NCBI GenBank assembly: GCA_013265495.1
Contig: MU062841.1
Span: forward strand, 5,481,786 to 5,545,785
Direction of reading: 5' to 3'
Origin: Vicugna vicugna
Taxonomy: Eukaryota
Length of the DNA: 64,000 bases
Shown here: one piece after another, positions 33,042-60,429 of the stretch
How positions within the stretch are numbered: the stretch's first letter is position 1
Layout of the letters: every line of letters starts with the position of its first letter
Made by a program: the position numbers and the translations under genes
Notes under the pieces: generated by a model
What the model saw: only the letters and a program-made list of their open reading frames with translations
What the model was told of the DNA's origin: nothing
Database searches by the model: none

Positions 33042-36000
33042 AGAATTTAGAAATTAAAATGATGGGAATATTTTTCTTCTTTTTTTATATAGGTACTTAA
33101 ATATTTATTGAGTGAATCAACTGCCTATGTAATATGAAAAAAAAATGCCCAAAATGTCATTCTAAGCTTTAAAGTATGAGACAGACTAGAATGGTTTCCA
33201 GAGGCCATATTCTGGAAAGGGGTCACTAAGAAATCCCAGCATTCTATACTTACTTCCGGTAGCTTACCCATATATTCCTCTGGCCCCAAGTTATTCAAAT
33301 TTTTATTTCATTGTCCTATTATTTTCAACGTATTTTTGAGAACTGCTTCAAATCCTTTGTGAAATAAGGCAGGAGACAGAAGAGCAGACAAAACCAATGA
33401 AATCAGCAGCCCCAAATCAAACGGGATATAGACTATGGATGTGGACGAGAGAGGGGTTGAGAATAAGACAGGAGAGATACCGTTCACCCCAGTTACAGAC
33501 AGCCTCCAGGCCCAACGTCTAAATTTTACATCTTACTTTCTAAAAGGGCAGGAGGTTCTCTGATCATTTGGAAGAGCTCCCTGGCCATCAAGAGGTAGGA
33601 GATTCCACAGCCTTAGCGATGGCCCTGTCACCTCCTGCTGCCATGGGGACAGAGATTAGCAGGCACTAAACTCCCTGGGCTCGGAGGTGCTGGCAGGGCC
33701 AGGCAGAAGGGCCCACTGTGCCTCTCCGCCCGGGGGTCACTGAGGGTGCTGGGTACACCTAATCCAGCTGTCACCACGCACTCGCCCTGTCTGCAAACAA
33801 CAGCTGCTCGGGGCTGGGCTCCACGGCTGCCCATCTGCCGCCCTCCCTCCCTGGCCAGAGATGCTCAGGTGTCCTTAAGATGGCCCCTATCCCTCACAGC
33901 ATCCCTCCTCATTCCCCGGGGTTTGGATCTGTGTCTGGGATGGGGATTTTCCTTCCCCCGGACATGCCATCTGCCCTCCACTATCCCACGCCCTTCCCCA
34001 GGGCCCACCACATGCAGCGGGAGAGGGAGGGGCTGAGCTGGAGGCTCTGAAGCCATCTGAACCCTGGCTCCAGCTTTGTGACCTTTGGCAAGTTACTTAG
34101 TCTCTCTGTGCCTGATTCCTTAGCTACAGGATGGAGACAGCAACAGTAGGCGCTTCAGAGAAGCGGAGCTGAGTCCATTAGGTAACGTGAACAAAGACGT
34201 CTACAGCATCTGGCTCAGGTGCCCGCGCCTGCTAGCTCTTTGTAGCCCCTGCATTCCCTCTGATCCTCCAGAAGGCACCCCGGCAGCAGACCTCCCCTCT
34301 AACTCCAGCAGGGCCCTCAATTCCATCTGTCTGTGCTCTGACAAGGTGAGCCAGAGGCAGCCTTGTATATATAACCCTCTTCAGGAAGTGTCCTGAAATC
34401 TATGACTGGACCTTAAGAATCTAGTGGAAAGACTATAAAACTAAACGCCTGCAGCTGAATTCTGGCCCTGTCAGTGAGCCCTCACCCTAGTGGAGATCCC
34501 GTTGCCAAAGCCTCATCACTCCGGCAGCAGAGTCTCAATAATTGTATGCTGCTTCCTGATGGGAACTGGATTTAGAAAACACAGTTTTATACTAAAATAT
34601 GAGTATCTGGGGGCCACTGCCCTAGGAAGGGGGCTCCCCCTGCTCTCCCTCCTGTCTGGCAGGGTCGGCAGGCTGGCACAGCCTCAGCTGTGAGGCCCCT
34701 AGAGGGGAGCTGGTCTTTGCTCCCTATTAGAACACCTAAAATGTAGAACCCCACAAACCCAGAAAAAGGTTCGAAAGCTGTTTGAAAGGATCAAATGATA
34801 ATGTTATGCAGTGGTCCGAAAAACAAAACTGGGGGGAGCCCACTGAAGTCAATGGAAGGGTGAATGGAGGCCATGAACCTGAATCTGTAGGGAGCTTCTG
34901 AATTAGGTGGCCTCTGACACGTCTTTGAGTTGTACCTCGCGGCAGTGACGCCTTCCATTCTGTGATACTTGCAGCCCCCAGGGGCCCCAGCCCAGCCTCT
35001 CCGTTCTGTTCTTGAGAGGAGGGATGGAGCGGTCACACTCTTCCTTGGCCTCCCTCTCACTGCACCCCTGGGCCGGGCTCACACAGGATAAAACACGCAC
35101 CGGGAAGGTGTCTGCAAGCTGAGACAAGCCGGCCCTCGCCTGTGTGGTGGGGCAACTCGAAGGTGGTGGCTTCGTATTTTCACCTCATCAGTGAGAAGCA
35201 GCTGGAAGGGAAGCCAGAACCGAGGGTCGCCATCTCCCAGGTCTCTCCAGAAATGGAATGAGCTAGTCCTTTCTCACCAAGTTTCAAATGACTTGAAAAT
35301 GCAGATTAACCCTTCACACACTCACTGGCACCCACCCAGACCCGGGGGGAGGATGTGTGCTCCTTGGGAGGGGGGCTGCGGAGCCTCAGGCTTGACTCGT
35401 GCTATCTGCCGCGGGTCCTGGGCACCAACCACATGTCAGACAGGAGCCAGGGGTGCAGTCTCTTATTTCATCCTCACAACAACCCTCAAAAGTTGGTATT
35501 ATTATGCCTTTTTATATGTGATGAAACAGGCTCAGGGGACACTAGAGAAGTGTGGAGTCAGAATTCCAGAGACCAGAGTCTTAGCCATTTCCTCCCTCCC
35601 AGAGAGGTTAATGCCTCTGGCTGTTCTCTTCCCTCCACACTGCCCCCTTTTCTCACCAGGCAAACTCCTCTCATCCTTCAGATGAGACCCCAGCTCAGGT
35701 CCCAGCTCTGCCAGAAGCCTTCCTGGACCCCGCCAGTCTGGGTCAGGCGCCCGGGGTCTCTGCTCCCATAGTCCCTTGTGCACCTGTCTCTCACCTGCTC
35801 TCAGTGAACCCCACCCCAGCCTGTTGCTTTCTCTGCCTTCCCATCTGGTCTGTAAACTCGGGTCTGCAAAGACCACACCCTGTCGCCCTTTCAGCCCAAT
35901 GCCTTGTTCAGGCTGTGATACTCAAAAAGCTCAAGAAATATTTGTGGAAAGAATTAATGAGGAAATACAAGGGGACCCCTGCAAACCCAGCCTCACTCAC

Positions 36001-37199
36001 CACTGTGGACACAGAAGGCTGCAGGGGCTGCAGGGCAGCAGGCCAGTGGCCGGGTGAGATGGGTTATGCAAGCCGGAGGCACAGCCACCCAGTTCAAAAC
36101 AGCCCAGACCCTGGGACCGCCGGCCTCCTGCCGGCAACGTGAAAAAGCAGGCCATTTTACAAACCTTCAAAATTGTAAAAACACCACAGATACCCAAAAA
36201 GCATGTCACTGAGCCGCATCTCATCTCAAAGTGTCCAGTTTGCAACCTCTGCAGAAGCATCTGGGAGGAATCAGGACCTAAAGTCTGGCTCCCAAGCAGC
36301 CATCTCCCACCCGCCTTGAGAAGTGGCAAGTTCAGCCTCAGGACGGGGCCTGCTGCCGACATCTACCTCCCCACACCCCTTTCCAAAGCCCCTGGAAACC
36401 CAGAGCAGGTACAGGGCCACCAGGGATGAGGTTTTCCTTTTCCCCTTGCCCAGAACAGGTGCTCCCAGAGACTCCAACTCCCCCAAGTCCATTCTGAAAG
36501 GCAGGCTCTACCTACTGCGGGGCAAGATCACTCTTCCCCGAGGTCTCTCAGCTGCAATTCACAATCCCAGCAGACTTTCTAGACCGTTTCACTCTGTCTG
36601 AGTTATAGCTGGTGACATTCTCTCTGTCTGCTCTGATCATGAACTTGAAGGCGAGGGATGGAGTGGATGGTTTAGCACCATACCTGGCTTTGCAGGAATA
36701 ACAGGTTCGAGTCACTCACTTCCTCTGAAGAATTAGCCTTAGACCCAGGGACAACTGCCTCACCCCCACCCCAGGCTGTGACAGTAGGTGGGCCGGCCAC
36801 CCACCTTATCAGGAGAGCCGCAATCAGATGTGAGTGCTGCACGTTGCTAGGGAGCAACTGGCAACAGCTGGCTGAGAAACAAGTCGTGTCCTCGGGAAAG
36901 CATGTTCTTGGCCTCTAATTAAATGCTGCTGCAGCGTCTTCTCCTTCAGGGAGCTATAGAATTAATGCAGGCAGGAGCAGGCAGGGAGTAGTAGGTTCAC
37001 AAGCCTGTTAAGGCCCCTCCTTTCTGTGCAAAGGAAAGGCTCAGGGGGCAGGAATGAAATTGCTAAGCCCCCAGGAGGCTGCTAAAGAAAATCCTGGCCT
37101 CAGACTACTCAGCTCAGCTAAGCCCACAGAGAGTCTAATACCACTTCTGTTGCTACAGCTAAATTCATTGCTTAAACACTTTTAGAAGCTTATTAAATC

Positions 37200-37695
37200 T
37201 CACTTCTGGGTATATATCCAAAAGAATTGAAAGCAGGATCTCAAAGAGGTATTTGCACACTTATNNNNNNNNNNNNNNNNNNNNNNNNNNNNNNNNNNNN
37301 NNNNNNNNNNNNNNNNNNNNNNNNNNNNNNNNNNNNNNNNNNNNNNNNNNNNNNNNNNNNNNNNNNNNNNNNNNNNNNNNNNNNNNNNNNNNNNNNNNNN
37401 NNNNNNNNNNNNNNNNNNNNNNNNNNNNNNNNNNNNNNNNNNAGTGAAATAAGAGACACAAAATGACAAATACTGTACAATTCTATTTATATGAGGTAAC
37501 TAAAGTAGTCATTCATAGAAACAGAAGGAGCTGGGATGAGGGGGAGATGCGAAATTATCGTTTAATGGATATAGAAGTTTGCAAGGTGAAAAAGCTGTAG
37601 AGATTTGTTGCACAACAATGTGAACGTACTTAACACTACTGAACAATACTCTTAGAAATAGGTAAGGTGGGAAATTTTGTTTTTTACCAAAACTA
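37200..37695 (+). mobile_element. L1 3' end (L1MA/MB-like) spanning an N gap; further antisense L1 at ~37990-38590
   Basis: CCACTTCTGGGTATATATCCAAAAGAATTGAAAGCAGG, AGTGAAATAAG...ACAAATACTGTA and CACAACAATGTGAACGTACTTAACACTACTGAAC. Confidence 0.8.
37265..37442. other. Assembly gap (178 N)
   Basis: N run inside an L1. Confidence 1.
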
Positions 37696-39009
37696 CAAAT
37701 TAAGAAAAAGCTCATTAAAAATGTTTAAGTAACACATGTTCACAGTAAAAAGAGTTACAAAGATAAAAGGAATAAGCTAAAACATAAATGTCCAGCCCCT
37801 CCACCCCCAGGCCCCCTCTGCAAAGGTAACTAATAGCACCTTGTGTGCCTTCAAAAGGGTTTATGACTCTAAGAACATGTGTGTATTTATGTCCATATTG
37901 ATTTTAATGTCAGTTCAGATTTTAGTCTTTTTTTTTTTTTACAAAAAATAGCATCACATTAAACACAGTTGGTCAATTTAATACGCCTCAGAGAGCTTTC
38001 CAAATCAATACGTATGGGTCTGCTTCAATATTTTTAAACAGCTGGATCAGATCCCATGTTATGGACATTCTATTTAGTCTGTCCTCTATTGATGCACATT
38101 TAGTAGTTTCTACTTTTTCATTTTTAGAACAGTTGCAATGAAAAGCCTTATACATATTATTTTGCTTTCATATGCAAATGTTTTGGCTTGATACATAGAA
38201 TTTGACTGGGCTAAAAGATATGCATATTTATTAAGATACTGCTCTTTGTCTTTCAAGAAATCTGAATCTACTCCCTCTCCTACCAACAGTGGAGAGCACC
38301 CTACGCTCCTGACAATACTGGGTCATCAAACGTTTTTAACCTTTGCTAATCTGATGGGTGAAAAATACATATTTTAAGCATTTTTCGTATTGCTGTTGAC
38401 CATGTATATTTTTTTCTGTGAACACCCTGCTAATAATATTCTGTGCCCATTTTTTTTCCTTTGGGATTGTTCATCTTTTTATTGTATATTTTTTTAAATG
38501 TTTTAAGCTAAGGAAATCAATCCTTTGATAAATGGGCTGTCATTTGATTTTGCTTTGATATTTTTTTGCCACGTGTTAAGTTTTCATTTGTATGTATTCA
38601 GTGTTTTGGAGGTTTTGTTCCTTTCTTAAAAGGGGCTTACTCACTGCAATTATAAACAGAAATCTAGAAGGCAATGGCACCTCAGCAATTAGAGGTCTAT
38701 TTTGTGTCTCTTGTCTTTCTCCGACCTTCACACTTGCTGCTTGCCCCTCCCTGAATCTTCACTTCGTGAGACCCCTTCTCCATCTCTCCCCATTCTACCT
38801 TTTTTAAGAAACTCGACATCTTTCTAACAATGCTTTCCAGCCTTCCAAAACTCATCCCCCTACTTGATAACCAGGAAAGAAATCTCCTGTCCCTCCAGAA
38901 TCTTGAGGGGATATGTCACAGTCATGAGGCTGGCTGCCACAATGTACCACTAACAAAGAAGAACCCAGATACTTAAACCATGACAAAGCTTTTTTAGTCC
39001 TTGCAAGCA

Positions 39010-39303
39010 CTATTTTATACAGTATTAACTATGCCTTTTATTTTCTGATGCTTTGACATCTTGGGGCCTTGCTGACCCTGTAGGGAATTCCAGTCCCAGA
39101 GTTCAGGAATTCCTGGATTAGCAAACAACTTTCTGGGAGTGTGCCTTTCGTAACACACCAACCAATCCAGAGTCAATACCCAACCACCTCCTACATGGGG
39201 CTCTCACACTCTGAGCCACTATCCAGCTGCCCTAATCACCCCAGGGCCAAGGATGAGACAACTAGTGACAGCCCTCTGTCCCAGAGCCCACCCGAATCAT
39301 TCA
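39010..39303 (+). mobile_element. ERVL LTR fragment, MER74/MER73-like
   Basis: TTTTCTGATGCTTTGACATCTTGGGGCCTTGCTGACCCTG...CTGCCCTAATCACCCCAGGGCCA...GACAACTAG. Confidence 0.7.
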
Positions 39304-39304
39304 G

Positions 39305-40047
39305 GGCATCCTGAAGAACATCCAGTTTCATCAGCGTTTCCCATTTGACTTCAACTCTAATTTCATTTTCTTCCTATATGGAATCACATATCCCTGGAAG
39401 TTAATCACATATCCCAACGTCAGCATGAAGTTTCCAACAGATTGGTCCATGCCTTGATAATGAGTCCTGTGCTTTGCATGAACTGGTCACACTAGGCCTC
39501 TCATTGCATTGGGAACATCTTCATTTATTCCAAGGGATGTGACAGTTTCCCCTTCATTCTTTGCCTTATCTGGTGTTTGACAGGCAAACGTTTTGCACCC
39601 ATCTCAGCATGTCAGTAAAATTTCAGTTACTAGTGTGTATCTTTCTTTAGTTCCAAAAAGCACTTAGTTGCTGCTTCGCAACAAATATGGGTTCATAATA
39701 TTCTTCCAGTGGCAAAGCTTTGCTTCAGTAATACCAAAATTAACCCCTCTGCTCTACTTCTGTACCTTACTCAGTACAAAATAACCTTTCATTATATTAC
39801 GAAATCACAGTATAATCTTTTTGAAGACACCTTAAATAGCACATCCATTTAACACACGTGGTATCAGTAATGCATACGACTGGACAGAAATGATGGCAAC
39901 ATACTCACTGTGCACACGCACCTTGTGTAATTTGTCCAGGTGACGACACAGTGACATCACAGCTGCTGCCTGGCACTGATATGATGACAATTTTAGATAC
40001 ACTCCGATTTCGAAAAATGCATCCCAGAATTGACACGATGAAGTAAA
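39305..40047 (-). mobile_element. Tc2/pogo-superfamily (Kanga/MER104-like) DNA transposon, 5' end with degenerate transposase start
   Basis: The minus strand gives (V/M)SSKRLYCD..KVILY from 39830 and SQMGNADET (GNADET at 39341-39324, the first catalytic Asp motif of pogo/Tc2 DDD transposases). The terminal region TTCATCG...GAAATCGGAGTGTATCT resembles the MER104/Kanga 5' end. Confidence 0.7.
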
Positions 40048-40657
40048 CACCTTCCTGTGTAAAGTGCTCATTAGCATCATTTCTGGTCCATAGTAAGCTC
40101 TTAATGTTAACAACAGACTCTCAGCAAACACAGCTCCCTCTATCCAAAGTGTCTGGCTGCAAAGAGGGTTAGGGATGGTCTGATCTTTTCAGACCTGGGT
40201 AACTGGGGACAGCGGTCATAGTAGCAGAATGGTACCATCTCAGAGGCCACCAGCCTCCTGTGGGTGATCAGGGGCTGGGCCTGGAAAAAGGCAAGTAATT
40301 TGTCCAGGTGACGACAGCAGTGACATCACAGCTGCTGCCTGGCACTGATACGATGACAATTTTAGATACACTCCGATTTCGAAAAATGCATCCCAGAATT
40401 GACACGATGAAGTAAACACCTTCCTGTGTAAAGTGCTCATTAGCATCATTTCTGGTCCATAGTAAGCTCTTAATGTTAACAACAGACTCAGCAAACACAG
40501 CTCCCTCTATCCAAAGTGGCTGCAAAGAGGGTTAGGGATGGTCTGATCTTTTCAGACCTGGGTAACTGGGGACAGCGGTCATAGTAGCAGAATGGTACCA
40601 TCTCAGAGGCCACCAGCCTCCTGTGGGTGATCAGGGGCTGGGCCTGGAAAAAGGCAA
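39927..40657. repeat. Direct tandem duplication, copy 1 39927-40294 (368 bp) and copy 2 40295-40657 (363 bp)
   Basis: By-eye alignment: identical except 1 substitution (T/C at a CpG) and indels of 1, 2 and 4 nt. Confidence 0.95.
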
Positions 40658-41099
40658 CCGTATGTCGCTTGGTCATCAAGGAATGAAGAAGTATTTAGTT
40701 AATACTCATTTAGTGCTCACATCTACCTGCAAAGTGGAAATTATCTTCATTTGACAGAGGGGACACAGAGACTCGGTAAAGTTTTTGTTATCAACCCCAG
40801 GGTTACATAGCTGGTAGGCACCAGACCTCATCTGCCGGCCTGAGCTGTTCTCATAATTCTGTCAGGGCACCATCTGTAAAGAACTGGAGTCCTACTATTC
40901 ATCTCTCTGCTTCCTACATTGTTTCTGCCTCTGGTAATCAAATGTTACATGAGGGTGAAAGCTTTCAGAATTTTCTTTTTAAACAACAGAGGGTTGTAGC
41001 TATAAAGGGTATACACTGAGCAGATTAATGTTGTAAACAAAATTACCCCCTAGAACATCAAAACCACTTAATATGCTCAATTGCTTTCGGAGCACGCAT

Positions 41100-41271
41100 N
41101 NNNNNNNNNNNNNNNNNNNNNNNNNNNNNNNNNNNNNNNNNNNNNNNNNNNNNNNNNNNNNNNNNNNNNNNNNNNNNNNNNNNNNNNNNNNNNNNNNNNN
41201 NNNNNNNNNNNNNNNNNNNNNNNNNNNNNNNNNNNNNNNNNNNNNNNNNNNNNNNNNNNNNNNNNNNNNNN
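41100..41271. other. Assembly gap (172 N)
   Basis: N run. Confidence 1.
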
Positions 41272-41879
41272 TTATGTGCTTCTCTGTCAGGCCTCAAATT
41301 TTAATGGAAATGCTAAATTTAAATGGAAGCTTTCTCTCAAAGGTCTAGAGCAGCTTCAAACTGATGGTTGACATGCTACCTTCCTGTGTCAGTAGAGCTG
41401 AGAGGAGAGAGGTTCAGGGAAGAATTTAGATCTGAAAGGTATATACCTTGAAATCTCTGCTTTTCTTTAACATTTTGGTTCCAAAGAACTTGTTTCTCCA
41501 AAGATTCTTGAGATTCACTGGATCTTTGTGGAGAGAAGACACTAGAATTTACATAAAGCAGCTTTAAATCCTTTAGAAACAAAGTTAGTATAAACAAACA
41601 CATAGGGGTTGAAACTAATTATGGGTCAAGTACTCAATCGGCTGAGTGCTTTATCTCCCATTTTAGTTAAATCCTTTTAGGCACAACAAACAGCCAGGCC
41701 AGCTCATGTATGACTGCAGAGGGCTAAAGGGAGAGCCAGAAATCTTACAGAAATCGAAGAATAGGAATCCAAGAATAGGAATCATAATGGGCCTCATGGG
41801 AACTGGGACTGACTCTAAGAATGTTCCCAGACAGCAGGAATTTCATGACTCCAGAGGTGACCTGCCTTTCTCTTTGTAT

Positions 41880-42290
41880 TTGCTTTCTCAACTGTAAGAA
41901 ACAAAAAAATCCAATTCAAAGTGGCCTAAATGGTAAGGCAACTTACTGTCTCACAGAACTAGAAATCCAGATGTACAGAGGGTTTCAGGGGTTTGTGACC
42001 TAGTCAACCGACTCTGCCACCTCTGAGCCGGCTTCTTTCTTCTCCATTTCGCCAGGCAGAAGGCCAGCTTCATCCTGAAACTGGCTCTTATTGAGCATGA
42101 TCATAGGGTACTGGGTGGTGGAAATGTGAGCTATATGTTTCTTCACTGACATTTTCAAGAGAAGTGTTTCCCCAGAAGCCCCAGGAACTTTTATCTCACG
42201 GTATCACTGAGCTGAACTAAGTCACATGACATTCCTAAACTAATCTCTGAAGATGACTGGTCTTAGCCTAGTTCTAGTCACTAGCAAAGA
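41880..42290 (-). mobile_element. Old MaLR LTR fragment (MLT1J/K/L-like)
   Basis: CAACTGTAAGAAACAAAAAAATCCAATTCAAAGTGGCCTAAATGGTAAGG and ATCACTGAGCTGAACTAAGTCACATGAC resemble old MLT1 ends. Subfamily uncertain. Confidence 0.5.
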
Positions 42291-42349
42291 GTACAGGACC
42301 GTCATGACTGGTTTAGACTGCTCGGGCACATCCCTGGAGTGAAGTCAGG

Positions 42350-43110
42350 TATGTGGGGGATGAAGGGAAGGGAGGGGTATGGAAAAAAGAAATCGAGAAT
42401 AACTCCTAAGTTTTTGCCTCAAGTAAATGAATAGATACTGAAGTCATTTGGGAAAACCTGGAGGAAAATCAGGTTGGAGTCGGGTGCGGGAACCAAGAGC
42501 ATTATTTTGGATATGCTAGTTTTGAAGTGCCTTTTAGACATCCAGATGAAGGTGCCATGTCAGCCATGGGGTATATACATTTGGCTCAAGGAAGGAGTCA
42601 GGGCCGGAGTTAGAATTTCGAGAATCATCAGCTTACACCTAGAATTTAAAAACAGAGGAATGGATGAAATCAACTAAAGAAAGAGAAAAAGAGGTGAAGA
42701 CCCACGGCCAAGGGCTGGGGCACTCCAACAACTAAAGGTAGAGCAGAGGAACCAATAACTTCAAGGGGAAATGGGGTCAAAGCAGGAGTTTTTAAAGAAA
42801 GACCCTAGAATGTATCTTTATGCTAATGGGAATGACCTATCAAGAGAAAGATGGAGAGAGAAAATAACTGCAGAAGCAAAGACCTTGAGAAGTCATAAGG
42901 AGGTAGGATTCCCTGAACAGGTGGAGGGGACTGGCCTTTTATAGAGGGCTATTTCATTCAGGAGGAAAGGCAGAGACTGACCACAGAGGCAAGGAAAGAT
43001 AAGGAATTTCCACCTGATTGTTTCTATTTCTGCCATGAAGTAGGTGGCCAGCTGATCAGCGAGAAAGGGGAGGAGGGACTTTGAAGAGAGAAATGAAGGC
43101 ATGAAATAAA
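42350..43110 (-). mobile_element. L2 fragment
   Basis: CTCCTAAGTTTTTGCCTCAAGTAAATGAATAGAT and TTTGAAGTGCCTTTTAGACATCCAGATGAAG. Confidence 0.65.
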
Positions 43111-43489
43111 GAAACGAAAACAGCAGTTTCAGGGGGTGGGAGAGTATGTGAGGACTGCTCAGCTTTTAGAGGTGATGGAAAGATCTAAGACATGACAAGG
43201 GAATGCATGACTGAGGTGGGGGAAAGGCTGGGAAACTGGCCATGGTCACACAGCGAACGAGCGGAAGGGCCAGGACTCACATTCAGGCCCGGGTGACCTC
43301 ACGTTCTGTGCTCTTGCTACTCGACCAAGCCTTCAGATACAATCAAGCCACCTGATACAAAGAAAAAGCTACAGGTGAAGCGCCTCTACAAAGGTGATCT
43401 CAGCCCCCAAAACATGTGACTGCTGATTTCCTCATGGCCTACTCCTTCCTCATGACTAGGAGAATGCTGCAGCACGTCACCCACCTAGA

Positions 43490-44020
43490 TGGCCAGGGAA
43501 ATTGTTCAAGCCCTACCTCTGGAGTGCCACTGACTTGTCTGGTCTATCTCTAGTCTCCATTTCCTCCAAACCACCTTCCAGACTGCTGAAAATTACCTTT
43601 GTGGAAACCCTATTACGCCTTGACTGCATAAAGCCATGCACAAAGCTTCTCTGTGTTTCAGTCATTCCCCCAACCCCAACCCCGGTTTGTGCTGTAGCCA
43701 TTTAGATTACTTGCCATTCCACAACTGCGACAGCCCTCTTGATGCTTCGAAGCCTTTGCACATACTGGACCTCTCCCTGAAATGCCCTCGGCCCAGTTCA
43801 CACAACACATTTCCACCCATCCAATTTCAGTATCCCTTCCCCAGTATAGCTTTCCTTCTCCGCTTCCTTCACTCCACTATTACCAGATATACACCACTGG
43901 GCCTTTTACCATTTTGCATTATAATTCGATTTGCCTATTTCTCTCCTCATCCTCAGCATCTTGGCACAGCATCTACCTGACACATAGTAGGCGCTCAAAT
44001 CTCATGCTGAATGCTGAGTG
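43490..44020 (+). mobile_element. L2 3' end fragment
   Basis: Ends CTTGGCACAGCATCTACCTGACACATAGTAGGCGCTCAA. Confidence 0.65.
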
Positions 44021-44794
44021 AGGATGAATTTAGCTGTTCAAAATTGGAGATGATGAAAGCAGCTGAACTGTTTTTGGTGGGGCGCAGCATCTCATGTCAC
44101 ATTTCCCAAGGGAAGCCAATCTAGATGGCAGAAGGGTAGAGGATCCACAGCACCTTTCACAGCCTGCTCGGAAACCCAACATTTCAACGCTGTCTTCAAA
44201 GTCAGAGGCTACTACATAAGCTTATCACATAAATGGTGGACACATTATGGAGATGAAACATAAACACCCTGACAAGCCCTGTGGTGGACACTGGCTGACA
44301 ACATGACAGAAGGATGCTGGCTGCAGGCCCGCAGGTACCTGCAGGAGAGCTGTGATGGCTCAGCCATCCAGGAACAACCAGTCTCATCTCTTCAGGGACA
44401 CCTGCAGCTTGCCAGCTCCCCCTACCCAAATTACAGTACGTGCTGCACAGTGTTTGTCTCTACTATGGCCAAAGAGAACCGCTCGCTCTTCCACCTGCAC
44501 AGCCCAGATGGTACAGATGGGAGCATGCTTCCACACGAGGATGTGCAATTACACCCCGTTCCTCCAGCTGTAACAATTACCAGGAGAACACCCGAGGGAA
44601 GGAACAATCCTGGCAGATAGCTGTCTTCCACACTGGCACACACCACTTAGTTCTCCCAAGAGCAGCTGCTGGATTCATGACCTCTGGTCCCTTTCAGTCC
44701 TTCCTGGACCCCATGTATTTAAAAAGCACTGGGTGAGATCACAACATAAAGCAGTCTTTAAACAGGATATTTTTAAGTAAGAAAATACCAAGAC

Positions 44795-44800
44795 TTTATT
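44795..44800 (-). terminator. Probable DET1 polyadenylation signal AATAAA
   Basis: TTTATT on + strand, ~440 nt beyond the stop. Confidence 0.55.
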
Positions 44801-45241
44801 TTTTTTTTTCTTATAAAGACAGCCCTGCTGTTGGCTAAGTGGAAAGGATGTACACAGTTCTGATGAGTAAACAAGATTTACCTGCTTCAGGCTGCAGACC
44901 ATAATGCCAAAGAAGTGACACGAAGGGGTAGAGGTGTAATGCTCTCATCTTCATAGCAATAAAATGCAAAATAAAACAAAAATGGAACAGACTTAATTAA
45001 CGCTGGGCATTCCCACAGGGAAAAGGCAAGAGGACTTTAAGTCAATCAGTAGTGGTACTGTGTCCGATAAAAAAAATCCAGCAGGCTAAGCCACCCTCGC
45101 TCCCCTCTCCAGCTCTCCTCTCCGAGGTGTATCAGCCTGGAACCGACAAAGCTGGGAATCAGGAGCTTTTGCTTTACAGTCCACTGAGATAAGGAGGGGC
45201 AAAGTCTTGGAAGACCAGATAACCTGGCTTTGGCGAGGCAC

Positions 45242-59857
<14,616 letters not shown>

Positions 59858-59928
59858 NNNNNNNNNNNNNNNNNNNNNNNNNAAGTAGGAGTCAAGCAAA
59901 TAAAAGACAATTTCTCAAAACATAAACA

Positions 59929-60136
59929 CAGTTGACCTTTGAACAACAAGGGCGTTTGAGGTGCCAACCCCCTGCAGCCAAAAATTCAAGTATAACTTAC
60001 AGTCAGCCCTCAGTATACACAGTTCCTCCACATTCGCAAATTCAACCGACCAGGGATGCGTATATTTACCATTTAAATAAAGTCCATGAATAATTGGACC
60101 AGTGCAGTTCAAATCTGTGTTTTCAAGGGTCAACTA
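59929..60136 (+). mobile_element. Tigger2-family MITE (MER8/MER28-like), same family as 27893-28091
   Basis: TIRs CAGTTGACCTTTGAACAAC ... TTTTCAAGGGTCAACTA and the same internal layout. Confidence 0.8.
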
Positions 60137-60429
60137 CGTACGCAAGTCAAATAGATTTCCCTCCATATATCCTGGGCCTAGGGGCTCCCAAGATGATAGT
60201 GATCAGCACTTCTCCTTCCCAGATGATAGTTAGGAAGTGGTCCAGACATTTCTGAGTCTAGAAACAGGTTTGAGGGAAGGATCTAATTCACTAGGAATAC
60301 GTTCAAAGCATGCTTAGCTGTTGGGAATACTCAACAGAATAAACCTATAACTACACTGAATTTGTTCAGTGTAAGCATCACACTCAATGTACATTCATTA
60401 AATAAAACCATATTTATGGGGCTGTTAAG

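Noticed and set aside
37200-37480. ORFs spanning N runs (also 41058-41371 and 59458-59967)
   Set aside because: Artefacts: N codons contain no stops.
44331-44342. 12-bp perfect palindrome GCAGGTACCTGC
   Set aside because: An isolated palindrome of this size is not unexpected in 64 kb.
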